From Octopus vulgaris (lineage: Eukaryota): a stretch of 64,000 nt of DNA. The DNA lies in NCBI GenBank assembly GCA_951406725.2, contig OX597826.1, positions 49,600,001 through 49,664,000 on the forward strand, written 5' to 3'. The notes below the pieces were generated by a model. The model saw nothing but the letters and a program-made list of their open reading frames with translations. It searched no databases and had not been told where the DNA came from. Both the position numbers and the translations under genes were made by a program. Below are positions 27,123 through 40,003 of this stretch, in pieces (positions within the stretch are counted from its first letter, which is position 1; each line of letters opens with the position of its first letter).

Positions 27123-28394
27123 TAATGGTGTGAGATATTAATTTTTGCGTGGGGGTGTTCTGTAGTACTTAGAAGTGATACGTGTGCAGCATCAGTCGCC
27201 GCAGTAGTAATCGTAGTGGCAGCAGCAGCAGCAGCAGCAACAGCAGCAACAGCAGAAGCAGCAACAGCATTAGCAGTAGCAGCAGCTATAATTTTTTATT
27301 GTTGTTCTTGTTGGTGTTGTTGTCATTCACTTAGATAGCTTATCTAGGCTTATAAACCACTGTTGTCACCACGTATCCTCGTTGTTCTGAAGTGTCTTCA
27401 CGAATCTGAACATTTAAGTCTTCTTTCAGCAACATGTAGCCGACCCCCACCTCTTCCCTCCCCCATTCTGTCTCATCTCGACCGACCTACTTTAGTTTGT
27501 TTTCTTTTTTTTACGTGTATGTGTATGTATATATATGTGTGCATGTGTGAGTGTATGTCTGTAAATATAAATGTTTGTTTGTGCATTTATATATACACAC
27601 ATACATATACATGTATAAGTATATTCATATACATACATATAATATATATATATATGTATATATATATTAATAAACCTACATTTATAGTTATATGTGTGTG
27701 TGTGTATGTGTGTGTGTTTGCATGTGTGAGTGTATGATATATATTTGTAATTATATTTACATATATATATATATATATATATAGGTATATATTTATATTT
27801 ATATATATTTATATACGCACGCCAATAACACACACACACACACACACACACGTGTCTGTGTGATTGTGTGGGTGTGTTTGTGTGTGCGTATGTGTTGTGT
27901 ATGTGTGTGTATGTGTGTGTGTGTGTGTGTCGGTGTGTTTTAGCGTGCGCGTATGTGTTTGTTTGTACTTTTGTTTACATGCGTATACATGTGTGTTTAC
28001 GTGTGTGTGTGTGTGTCTGTGTCTGTGTCTGTGTCTGTGATTGTGTGTGTGTGTTGAATCATGATATTGTCAACGCCATTGATATCGGGAGTTGAAATAG
28101 TGCTCGGAGTTGCCTTTTGGCATTTGTTACTGTTGTTATTGTTGTTGTCAGTGCTGCTGGCGGTGGTGGTGGTGGTGGTAGCTGTGGTGGTCGTTGGTGT
28201 TTGGTAGAGCTGGTGGTAGTGGTGCTGGAGGGGGGGGGGTGGCATTGATCGTGATGATAGTCTTTGGTGAAGATGACTAGAGGTTAGGCGCTGTAAAGAA
28301 GATAAAGGTCCTTGAGAATGTAGACAGTAACTCAAACAAAGCTACATCAACAATGATGACAACAACAACAACAATACTACTACTACTATTACTG

Positions 28395-28479
<85 letters not shown>

Positions 28480-28624
28480 GGATTTCTTTATTAACCACAT
28501 GGGTTTACATTAAGAAAAAAAATTATGGACAGTACAGGACAAAACCTGTATGTGTGTGAGTGTGTGTGTGTGTGTTTTCTAGAGGGTTTTGCGTGTAAAT
28601 AAGACTAACATTATTAAAAGAGAA

Positions 28625-29677
28625 AATGAAGAAGGTGAAGAAGGAGGAGGAGGAGGAGGAGGAGGAGGAGAAGGAGAAGAAGAAGAAGGAGAAAAAGAAG
28701 AAGAAGAAGGAGAAGAAGGAGAGAAGAAGAAGAAGAAGAAGAAGGAAATGAAGAAGAAGGAAATGAAGAAGAAGAAGAAGAAGAAGAAGAAGAAGAAAGA
28801 AAGAAATGAAGAAGAAGGAAATGAAGAAGGAAATGAAGAAGAAGAAGGAAATGAAGAAGAAGGAAATGAAGAAGAAGAAGAAGAATATGAAGAAGAAGAA
28901 GAAGAAGAAGAAGAAGAAGAAGAAGGAGATTAAGCAGAAGAAGAAGAAGAAGAAGAAGAAAAAGAAGGAGGAGGAGGAGAAAAAGAAGAAGAAGAAGGAG
29001 AAAAAGAAGAAGAAGGAAATGAAGAAGAAGGAAATGAAGAAGAAGAAGAAGAAGAAGAAGAAGAAGGAGATGAAGAAGAAGAAGGAGATGAAGAAGAAGA
29101 AGTAGAAAAAGAAGAAGAAGAAAAAGAAGGAGAAGGAGGAGAAAAAGAAGAAGAAGAAGAAGAAGGAGAAGAAGGAGAAAAAGAAGAAAAAGAAGAAGAA
29201 GAAGGAAATGAAGAAGAAGACGAAGAAGAAGAAGAAGAAGAAGAAGAAGAAGAAGAAGAAGGAGATGAAGAAGAAGAAGAAGAAGAAGAAGAAGAAGGAG
29301 ATGAAGAAGAAGAAGGAGATGAAGAAGAAGAAGGAGATGAAGAAGAAGAAGAAGAAGAAGAAGAAGAAGAAGAAGAAGAAGAGATGAAGAAGAAGAAGAA
29401 GAAGAAGAAGAAGGAGATGAAGAAGAAGAAGGAGATGATGACGAAGAAGGAGATGAAGAAGAAGAAGAAGAAGAAGAAGAAGAAAAAGAAAAAGAAGAAG
29501 AAGAAGAAGAAGAAGAAGAAGAAGAAGAAGAAGAAGAAGAAGAAGAAGAAGAAAAAGAAGAAGAAGAAGAAGAAGAAGAAGAAGAGGAGGAGGAAGAAGA
29601 AGAAGAAGAAGAAGAAGAAGAAGAAGAAGAAGAAGAAGAAGAAAGAAGAAGAAGAAGAAGAAGAAGAAGAAGAAGAA
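28625..29677. repeat. About 1.05-kb (GAA)n-based polypurine tract
   Basis: GAA repeats with GGA/AAT/GAT interruptions. Confidence 0.97.
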
Positions 29678-29854
29678 TGATGATGGTTTCAAATTTTGGC
29701 ACAAGGCCCAGCAGGTTTGCAGAAGGAATTTGCCGCCTTAATAATAATAATTGCGGAGGAACTCTGCCAGCTCACCGCTTGAATAATAATAATAATAATA
29801 ATGATAATAATAATAATAATAATCCTTTCTACTGGAGGCACACGACTTCAAATT

Positions 29855-29885
<31 letters not shown>

Positions 29886-29890
<5 letters not shown>

Positions 29891-30405
29891 CATCCCATAA
29901 GTAATGCTATTTTTCAAAATTAAGATTAACAAAATTCTTTTTTAATTTAAAATACTCTCTCCTTCATTTTCTATAATGCTCTTCGTCCGTGACAAAAAAT
30001 ATTTCTCCAGTATTGTTTTGACCTCATCTACAGAATTCATTTTTTTTTCTGTTCAAACGATTTTGAAGACTGCGGAATAAATGATAATGAGATGGGGCAA
30101 TGTCCGACGAATTATGGTGGGTAGGTCATCGTTTCCCATTCAAAATGCTCTAGCCTTTGAAATGTCACCCTCGCTTTATGTGGCCGAGCATTATCTTAAT
30201 GAAAGAACACCTTTCGTCTCGAAATCAAAAATGGCCGTTTTTCTGCTAGCGCTGACTTAAGCCGCTCAAGTTGCTCGCAGTAGATTTCCTTTATTATCGT
30301 TTGGTTTGGGTTTAAAAATTCAAAGAGGACTAAACCTTTCATATCATACCAAATAAATAACAACCCCTTACGTGGGTGGAGACCTTCTTTAGCCTGGGGT
30401 GCTAA
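29886..30405 (-). mobile_element. Mariner transposase fragment (catalytic region and 3' TIR)
   Basis: Minus strand LHPRK...IWYDMKG...YCEQLERLK..L.EKRP...H*DNARPH...DIAPSHYHLFRSLQN; ends in (TA)n. Confidence 0.88.
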
Positions 30406-30485
30406 TAAGTCCTAGGGTCGATTTGCTCGACTAAAGGCAGTGCCCCATGATGGCCGCAGTCAAATGGCTGAAATAAGTAAAAGAG

Positions 30486-30529
<44 letters not shown>

Positions 30530-30897
30530 TCTTTTATTCTCTTGTTCTAGTCATTTTACTACGGCCATACTGGAGCACAGCCTTAAAGGGTTGGTTTTTG
30601 TCGACCAAATCGACCCCAAGAATTATTCCTTGTAAGCACTTATTCTTTTAGTCTTTTGCCGAAACTCTAGGTTACGGGGACGTAAACACACCAACATCGG
30701 TTGTCAAACGATGGGAGGGGAGGGAAATACGGACACAAACACACACATACATATACGGTGAGCTTCTTTCAGTTTCCGTCTACTAAATCCATTCACAAGG
30801 GTTTGGTCGGCCCGTGCCTATAGTAGATTTTACGCAGTGTCACTGATCCCGGAACCATGTGATGGGGAAGCGAGCCTCTTCCCACACAGACAAGCCT
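30530..30897 (-). mobile_element. Family B SINE, near full length
   Basis: Homologous along its length to 34370-34777. Confidence 0.8.
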
Positions 30898-31004
30898 ATA
30901 TATGTGACCGGTTTTCGCATACTTCCTATCTACGAAACTCCACTCACATAGCATTATTGAACACGAAGCTATAATTTTAGGGAATATATTTTGCTACTAT
31001 TTAA

Positions 31005-31588
31005 TTGGGGTGTCTGGAAAGTCCGTGCCGATTTATAGTAGCTTACCTTTCGACTTATTTTAGAACATGGTTGTGTCCATAAAATATTATTTGACTACAC
31101 CTCCATTTAGAGCTATCTTTTCGTGGAAGAAGGTTTATAATCCTATAATTTGTGTTAATTCTATAACCCTTTAAAATGAAAGATGAGAAAGTTCATTTTC
31201 GGCACTTGATGTTTTGGGAACCAGACAAAAATTGCTGCAGCTCGGCTGAGATGTGTTACTCCACCCTCCATAATCACCAGATATTGTTCCTTCGGATTTC
31301 CATTTATTCAGGTCTCTGCAGAATAGTCTCCACTTATTCAGGTCTCTGCAGAATACTATTAGGTAAAAATTTCAGTTCCTTAGATGACGTAAAAAGTTAC
31401 CTTGATGAATTCTTTGCCATGAAACCACCTCAATTCTGGGAAGAGCGTATTTTCAAGTTAAAGGAAAGATGGAGACGCATTGGGCGGCAAAATGGTTCAT
31501 ATTTGGTTGATTAAAAATGTAATGGCAAATATTCATTGACCTTTTTCTTTCCTTTAAAAATCGGCAAGAACCTTCCGGACCACTTCCA
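31005..31588 (+). mobile_element. Internally deleted mariner with both TIRs
   Basis: Imperfect TIRs TTGGGGTGTCTGGAAAGTCCGTGCCGATTT / AAATCGGCAAGAACCTTCCGGACCAC; N-terminus MKDEKVHFRHLM fused to C-terminus SPDIVPSDFHLFRSLQN...KLKERW...NGSY. Confidence 0.88.
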
Positions 31589-31669
31589 GGAGAAAGAAAC
31601 ATAAAGACGACTTCAGTGAGATTTCGAACTCAACCCAGACGTGGTTTGATCCCGAAACAATATTTCACT

Positions 31670-32398
31670 TGGAATCGAAAACCAAAACAAGTCATAAACA
31701 TAAATAACCACAAGAACTAACAAAAATCAAAATTAATTGGAACTGTGACGTCATAAAAAATCACCGAAAATCTTGACAAACAATTCGAAGACTATCAAAA
31801 CTTATTAACAATAAAATTTCAGCAAAAAAATTATTTAAATAATATAAATAAATAAAAATGAAGAAAAAATGAGGAAAATAAGAAAAATTTCTAAAAGCAT
31901 TAGAAAAAAAAAATTTTTTTAAGAATTATCAAAAATCGCAAATTATCAAACATCATGAAACATTATGAAAATACAGATGAGAGGAAACCGAAGTTCTTAG
32001 TTCTTCAGGAAAGAAAAATTCTTGTAGCAATTGTTAAAACGGTTTAGAACTGCTGGAAACAAGAATATTTTCAGAATTACTATTAGATGGTTGAATGCTG
32101 CTCTTTGATAATATGCCATTTTGTATTGCTTTGTTTATTTTTTTCTTTTTGAAATTTTAAAATGATTTTTACAATTTTCATAATCTTCGTTGATTTTCTT
32201 AATTTAATTTATTTTTGTTAAATTCTTAAATGATATTTTTTGTTGAATTTTTATTTTTGATAAAAAATTTCGATTGTTTTCGAAGAGTTCGGCTAATTTT
32301 TCATGACGTCATAATTTATATTTAATTTTGATTTTTGTTGATTTTTTATATTTTCATTATTTTCCAATAAGTTTTCAAAAAAATTTTTCGGTTTCCAT
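31670..32398. mobile_element. Old AT-rich foldback/MITE-like element
   Basis: 31720-31850 is a diverged inverted copy of 32215-32345 (AACAAAAATCAAAATTAA..TGACGTCAT.AAAAAT). Confidence 0.55.
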
Positions 32399-32671
32399 GG
32401 CTTCTACTTTAAATGTTCTTTGATGATTTTTCTTTTTTTTTTATGAGTTTTAAAAAATATTTAGACATGTAATGGACACGAAAAATATTGAAAGAGAATC
32501 TACAAATTCTGACCAAGTTTGCTAAAGTGTGAAAATAAATTGGCATTTCTTGAAACAACAATTTTCTGATAATCAATCCAAAACTCTGAGTAACTTGAAG
32601 AAAACTAATCACTGTACTATTCGATCTAAATTTGTCATATTTCTGCATGTTCATAAATTTTTGTGGATTTT

Positions 32672-32737
<66 letters not shown>

Positions 32738-32789
32738 CAGTAGTAGTAGTAGGGGGAGGAGGAGGAGGAGGAGGAGGAGTTGTAGCGGT

Positions 32790-32998
32790 CCTTTCTACTA
32801 CAGGCACAAAGCCTGAAATTTCGGAGGCAGGGGCTTGTCGATTACCCCAGCACTTGACTGGCATTTATTTTATAGACCCTGCAAAGATGAAAGGCAATGT
32901 CTACCTTGACGGAATTTGAATTCCGAACGTAAAGGCGGAAGAAATACCGCTAAAGTATTTTGTCAGGCGCGCTAACGATTCAGCCAGCTCACTGCTTT
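32790..32998 (-). mobile_element. Family A SINE
   Basis: Diverged full-length copy with head and older tail. Confidence 0.8.
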
Positions 32999-32999
32999 A

Positions 33000-33350
<351 letters not shown>

Positions 33351-33606
33351 TGTCTATCTAAAAGATTACTTCAAATTCATTTGATTTATTGTTTTTGCGC
33401 AGTATTATGCACACATAAACATATACCTGCATGCGCACATAGATATATATTTACAAATATTTATATGCATATGTGTATATCTACGAATGCATGTGCGTAT
33501 AAATGCACATCTAAGTATGCCTATTATACACAGACATGCATTCATATGCATACTTAAAACACAGACATACACACATGTGTCTGTATATGAGTTTGCGCAT
33601 GTGTGT

Positions 33607-33644
<38 letters not shown>

Positions 33645-33816
33645 GAAGAAAAGAGAGAAACAGTGAATAAACATAGAGGTAGAGGGAGAAAAGGAGAGAG
33701 GAAGAAAGGGAGAGACAGATAGAGAGACAGAGAGAGAATTAGACAGACATACATGAAGACATACAGAGACGTTACACTGAAATATGCATCAGTTATTGGT
33801 CGAAGTGGACGATATC

Positions 33817-33870
<54 letters not shown>

Positions 33871-33914
33871 GTGTGTATGTGTGTGTGTGTGCGTGCGTGT
33901 GTGTGAATGTGTAT

Positions 33915-34121
33915 TCTTTTATTGGTTTACTTGTTTCACTCATTTGACTGTGGCCATGTTGCAGCACCATATTGAAGTGTTTTAAAATCGACCCCAGGAC
34001 AATTATTTAAAGCCTGGTACTTATTCTTTCAGACTCTTTTGCCGAAAAGCTAGATTACAGGAACATGAACACACCAACACCGGTTGCCCACACAGTCTTG
34101 AAGACATACATAGTTATATAC

Positions 34122-34189
<68 letters not shown>

Positions 34190-34587
34190 ACGACGAGCTT
34201 CTTTCAGGTTCCGTCTACCAAATTCACTCGCAAGGCTTTGGTTGACCTGAGACTACAGTACAAGACACTTGCCTAAAGTGCCACGCAGTGGGACTGAACC
34301 CAGAATCAGGTGATTGGAAGCAAGCTTGTTATCACAGCCTTGCTTGCGCCTGTGCATATACTCTTACTCTTTTACTCTTTTACTTGTTTCAGTCATTTGA
34401 CTGCGGCCATGCTAGAGCACCGCCTTTAATCAAGCAACTCGATCCCGGGACTTATTCTTTGTAAGCCCAGTACTTATTCTATCGGTCTCTTTTGCCGAAC
34501 CGCTAAGTGACGGGGACATAAACACACCAGCATCGGTTGTCAAGCAATGCTAGGGGGATAAACACAGATACACACACACACACACAC

Positions 34588-34629
<42 letters not shown>

Positions 34630-34777
34630 TACGACGGGCTTCTTTCAGTTTTCGTCTACCAGATCCACTCACAAGGCTTTGGTCGGCCCGAGGCTATAGT
34701 AGAAGACACTTGTCCAAGGTGCCACGCAGTGTGACTGAACCCGGAACCACGTGGTTGGTAAACAAGCTACCTACCAC
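33915..34777 (-). mobile_element. Two adjacent family B SINEs (about 33915-34352 and 34362-34777)
   Basis: Two colinear copies, each with an internal dinucleotide tract; the second has a (GAGTAAAA)n tail. Confidence 0.85.
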
Positions 34778-34834
34778 ATACATAAATAAAATTAAAAAAG
34801 AAACAGAAATTAGAAGTCTCAGTAAATAACATAG

Positions 34835-34896
34835 GAGAGAGAGGGGGAGAGTGAGAAACAGAGAGAGAAGAAGAGAAAGGTGCAGAGAACGAACGA

Positions 34897-34931
<35 letters not shown>

Positions 34932-34969
34932 GAAGGAAGAAGGAAGGAAGAGAGAAAGGAAGAAAGAAA

Positions 34970-35014
<45 letters not shown>

Positions 35015-35139
35015 GAAGGAAGGAAGAGAGAAAGAAAGAAATGAAAGAAAGAAAGAAAGAAGTAAGAAAGAAAGAAAGAAAGAAAGAAAGGAAGAAAGAA
35101 AGGAAGAAAAAAGAAAGAAAGAAAGAAAGGAAGGAAGAC

Positions 35140-35186
<47 letters not shown>

Positions 35187-35210
35187 CAGAAAGAAAGAAA
35201 GAAAGAAATA
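34835..35210. repeat. (GAAA)n/(GGAA)n polypurine tract
   Basis: Direct reading. Confidence 0.95.
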
Positions 35211-35691
35211 GTGGGAGAAGCAAAGAGAGGAAAACAGACAGAAACAGGCATGTCTTCGAGATAAAAATCGGTAGATGCTTGATCTGACAAGGTATCACAA
35301 TTTAGTATGACACCCATAAATATTAGGGGCCGCCAGATGGTACTTTACTGTCCCTGGTTTTAACAGATTCATCTATAGAGATGAGACCCACCGCCGTATA
35401 TATATCATATCACCAGTGCAGCTATTTGAACCCCGCGGCGCTTACATAGCGCAGATTCTAGATAAATGAAAGAATGCGTTAAAATAACTGACCATTTCTC
35501 TGCGACTATCGAAAACATGTTTGTCTTGCTAACGAGTAACGTTTCCACGTATTGAATGTCTTACAATGCAGCTTTTGACTCCATGGGTGGTAAACACCGT
35601 TATATGTGCTTGTACACACACACACGCACACACACACACACACAACACACATATACAACACACACGCACACTCACAGATACACACATACAA

Positions 35692-35731
<40 letters not shown>

Positions 35732-36038
35732 GCACACAGACATATACATAGTACAAACATGCATATACGTGTACATACATACGTACATAAAGATATACGT
35801 ATATATAAACATATACTTGCTTCTACGTACACACCAATACACATACGTATATCCAAATGCACACACGCACTAACAAACACTTATTCATACGTGTGTATAA
35901 ATGTGTGTGTGTATGTGTGTGTGTATGAGTATGTATGTATTCATGTATGCATGTTTGTATGCAACACACATTCTATTGAGTTAAAATAAATTTAAAGAAT
36001 AAAGAAACTTTACCTGCTTTCTCCCGTTTTATTTCTGC

Positions 36039-36081
<43 letters not shown>

Positions 36082-36171
36082 ACTCTCTCTCTCTCATTTC
36101 TCTCTCCCTCTTTTTCTTCTCTATTTTTTTTCATTGTCTAATTCTGTCTCTCCCTCTCTTTCTTTCTCTAT

Positions 36172-36350
36172 GTGCTTTTGTGGCAGAGATCCACAAATAA
36201 GGCTCAATTCGGCAGAGGCCCACAAATAGGAGTTGCTAAGTCAGAGAGCCGCAAACATGGGATACTCTGGGAGGGAGTCACAGGTATGGATTGCTTTTTG
36301 TTAGAGTGCCACAAATACAGGTTTCTTAAATTGAGTGCTACAAATCCGCA
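36172..36350 (+). pseudogene. Possible RTE LINE 3' end remnant
   Basis: LLW...GRGP...E.RKHGILWEGV.GM...LSAT loosely fits an RTE C-terminus. Confidence 0.3.
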
Positions 36351-37884
36351 TGCTATATTGTCAACAAAATCTATTGAAATGATCCCCGAAGAAAGGGCAG
36401 CTGAGTCATCCGTTGTCGAATTCGAACTTAGAACGCGGAGGGACAAAACTGAAATTCTATTTTCGTGTATTTCCAACGTTCGGTTAACTCAATCAAATCG
36501 CTGATTTTTCTGCTTTCAACGTTTGAACTGTTAGGAAGTTTCCCTCGAATCACACCCGTTTTCTTCAAAAAGGAAAATATATTTCTAAATACAATGTGCC
36601 TTGAAAAAAAGGTGATTGTCATAGTTCCAACGCCTTTGATCGAAGGGTGATGAGGCCGATCTAACCAACAAAAGCGAAAGGTCAATTTTCTGGCCGATAA
36701 TTTTGACTACAAGCTTAACTTTTAATTTGCCATGTTGAATTCCGGAAGTGGTTTGTAATATGCAAAATTAAGTATCCCAGAAATCATTTAGCTTACATAA
36801 TTAATACTTAATTACAATAGAAATGTTGCTATATATGAAACTGGAAAAGCGGCTAGTTGGCATAATCATTAGCACGCAGGGGCAAAATCTCTATCGGCAT
36901 TTCGTCGATCTTTACGTTCTGAGTTCGGATTCCGCCAGGGTCTCAATTTTGAGTTTCATCCTTTTGGGGTCGATGAAATAGGTACCAGTTACACACTGGG
37001 GTAAATGTGATCAACTCATCCCCTTTCCTTGAAACCAACATTGACAAGAATTTTAAAATTTACTGCAAGAAGCAATTTTGTAGTCTTCAAAATTTAATAT
37101 TAAAAAAAATTAATCCTGTATAAGATCAACTACATATACAATTTTTGAAGTATGTAAATTTGGTTATGAATTCTACTTACTGCAAAAGTAAGACAGCAAA
37201 TTGGTAGAATTGTTATGTCGGACAGAATGCTCAGCGGCATTTTTTCAGGCTCTTTACCTTGTGTTCAAATCCCGCCATAGTTAATTTTGCCTTTTATCCT
37301 TCTGGGATTGATAAAATAAGTAACACTCCAGCACTGTGGTTGATATAATCTATCAGGTTGAGTAAAAAGGTTTTTGAAGAAAACGGGTGTGATTCGAGGG
37401 AAATTTCCGAACAGGTCAAACGTTTTGAACTATGAAGAATTTGTATCGGATTTTTGCAGAGTTTTGGATCTTTTTAAAACATTTTTTTTTTTTTTTTGCA
37501 ATTCTCTGATAATACAGATATAGAATTGCTCAAATGCATCAATAAATTAACATTGATATTTTTTCCCCGTTGTTACAATCATCTGGACTTGTTTGTGAGT
37601 GTTGCTTGTGGTATTGTTCGAAAAGTTTGGTTGTAAGTTGTAATATTTGTGGTTAAGCTGTTAGATTTGCACTATTGAATTATCACGTTGATGAACTTTT
37701 GTCGAGTGTTTTTTTAAACACCTATTTTTCTGCTTGTGGCAGTCCTTTGTTAACGTTTTCTCCCTTGTGTGAAGGGGGGAAATATTACAATTTTCGTGGG
37801 GCATTTAAGCCCAGCTATGGATAAATCTCCAGTAAAAATACAACCAACTTTGTAAATTGCGAAAGCAGTTCTGTTTTAAAAAGC

Positions 37885-38680
37885 ATGCCAACAGACGATG
37901 AATTTATAAATGGGGAAAAAAAAACGAATTTTGCAGCAGCCGCAGGTGTAACGCTCAAAAATCTAAAATGTGACCACGACAAATTAACGAAAGACAAAGG
38001 AATGATAAAAAGGGAGGAGAGCGAAACTAAAATTACCCCTCTCAGTGAGACAACGCATAAAGCTCTTCGATATACGCTAATCTATAAATCGTTTTTGTTA
38101 AAAACTTTAAAATTGGACATGACCAGCAATGAAGCGGTCGAGTTGTGTCTGAGACCAGTGTGGAATGATGTTGCATACCTTACAAGGGGAACTAAATATG
38201 CCACGATCGAAGTGCGTTATAAGACCAAAGAAAAATCCAAGCAGGCGTCGACAGAATCTCTAAAAACATCAGAGGTGGTTCTCCTGCCTACATATCTTGG
38301 AAGACGGGCTTTCAAAATTAAGGTGGGAGATCTACCACCTGTGGTGGACCCTGCTTGGCTAGTGGCTGCTATCACCGCGGGCTTGGAGGACAAAATAACT
38401 ATCCTCCAAACCACTGCAACGGAGCTCCAAAATTGGTAAGAGCAGGGCCTTAAAATGTTGATACAGGCGGTCCCTGCTGACCTAGAAAATATCATTGATA
38501 CTATACTGGTGGTGGAGACCAAGCTGCGAGTGATGGTCGAAGGGAGAAAGCTTCGTTGTTAGAAATGTTGCCAAAGAGGTCACATTAGAGCTGAGTGCCA
38601 ACCTCCCCCCAAGAAAGAGACGGTGCTCCCACCTACCGAGACACCCAAAGAGACACCAAAAGAGATACCAACGAAAACTG
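37885..38680 (+). pseudogene. Tx1/L1-like LINE ORF1 (gag-like) with CCHC knuckle, two in-frame stops
   Basis: Frame continues past the stop at 38437: ...RVMVEGRKLRC*KCCQRGHIRAEC (C-x2-C-x4-H-x4-C); no ORF2 follows. Confidence 0.75.
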
Positions 38681-38855
38681 AATTCACGCACCTTGATAGT
38701 TTCCTGCGAGAGAAGAAGTTAAAAAATCAAATCGATGCATTCAAAGAGTTCATCAGCTCCAGAACTCCAAATTTTTATGTTACCGGAATAAACAAACTTG
38801 TAACTCGTTAGCAAAAATGTGTTGATTGTAACAGTACTTACTTTGATGAATAACA
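38681..38855 (+). mobile_element. Mariner transposase C-terminal fragment
   Basis: HLDSFLREK...AFKEFISSRTPNFYVTGINKLVTR*QKCVDCNSTYFDE*, homologous to the peptide at 10247-10462. Confidence 0.85.
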
Positions 38856-39312
38856 TTTCTGCATTGTTGAATTTTGATGAATTTCATCAGGCTATTTTGC
38901 AAAGATTAGAAAGAATATAACAGCTTAACAATTGTGTTGTCGTCAAAATGAAGAAATCTATGATTTCATTCAGAAACAATTTTATAGAGTAACAATTTAT
39001 TACAAGAGTGTAATTCTTAGCGTAAAAATATTACTGCAAAAGCAATTTTTGTGGCGTAAAATATAACTGAATTACTTCTTGAATGTTACTGATAGCTATT
39101 TTTATCGTTTCCGATTGGATGATCAATGTGATTTGAATGCAGACATTATGAGATCGAAGACACAGTGATCACAAAACATCGCATCCGGTATATACCGTTT
39201 GATAAAAAGTTCAAAATAGGTATAAAGTTAATAAACCGTCAGGGGTGTAGCGAGTAAAGTTTCTAGGAGTGAGAAAACGCATTAAAGGGTGTTGTAACTG
39301 GGAATTCAGGCA

Positions 39313-39500
39313 CTTCTTCTTCTTCTTCTTCTTCTTCTTCCTTTTCTTCTTCTTCTTCTTCTTCTTCTTCTTCTTCTTCTTCTTCTTCTTCTTCTTCTTC
39401 TTCTTCTTCTTCTTCTTCTTCTTCTTCTTCTTCTTCTTCTTCTTCTTCTTCTTCTTCTTCTTCTTCTTCTTCTTCTTCTTCTTCTTCTTCTTCTTCTTCT
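39313..39500. repeat. (CTT)n, about 60 units
   Basis: Direct reading. Confidence 0.97.
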
Positions 39501-39951
39501 GCAACTACTACTATTTCTTCTTCTTCTCATATCTTCCTTCTGTTTCTCTTCCTTCTATTTTTTTCATTCTCGTCGTCGTCGTCGTCGTTATCATCTTCCT
39601 CGTCGCCTCTTCAAATTTTTCCAATACTTCTTCATTTTCATCTTCCCTTTAGTTTTTTTTTTATTTTCCTTCTTCCTTCCTGTTTCCCCTTGTTTGTACG
39701 CTTCTTTTCTCTTCTTCATCTTCTTCACCTTCTTATATTTCAACTTCTTCTTCATCATCTTCATCTTCTTCATTAATTATTCTTTCACCATTCCTTGTTT
39801 TCTTTCAATAATACTTTTCCTACATCATCTTTCACAAGTTTTTGGGGTTTTTTTTCGAAAACATTTTCTTGTTTCTTGTTCTTCATCATTAATTCCTCTT
39901 TCTTCTTGTCAGCGTTGTGCTTATAGTTGTCGCTATTTTATTTCTTACACT

Positions 39952-40003
<52 letters not shown>

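Noticed and set aside
27185-27260. Inr-like TCAGTC followed by CAG repeats as a TSS
   Set aside because: A six-base motif alone is insufficient and no downstream coding exon was found.
28261-28310. TCTTTGGT miR-9-like seed
   Set aside because: The remainder does not match miR-9 and there is no convincing hairpin.
28523-29704. 393-aa and 362-aa poly-F/L/S ORFs
   Set aside because: Antisense reading of the GAA tract; no domain.
34330-34352. TATCACAGCC miR-2-like start
   Set aside because: It is the antisense 5' end of a family B SINE.
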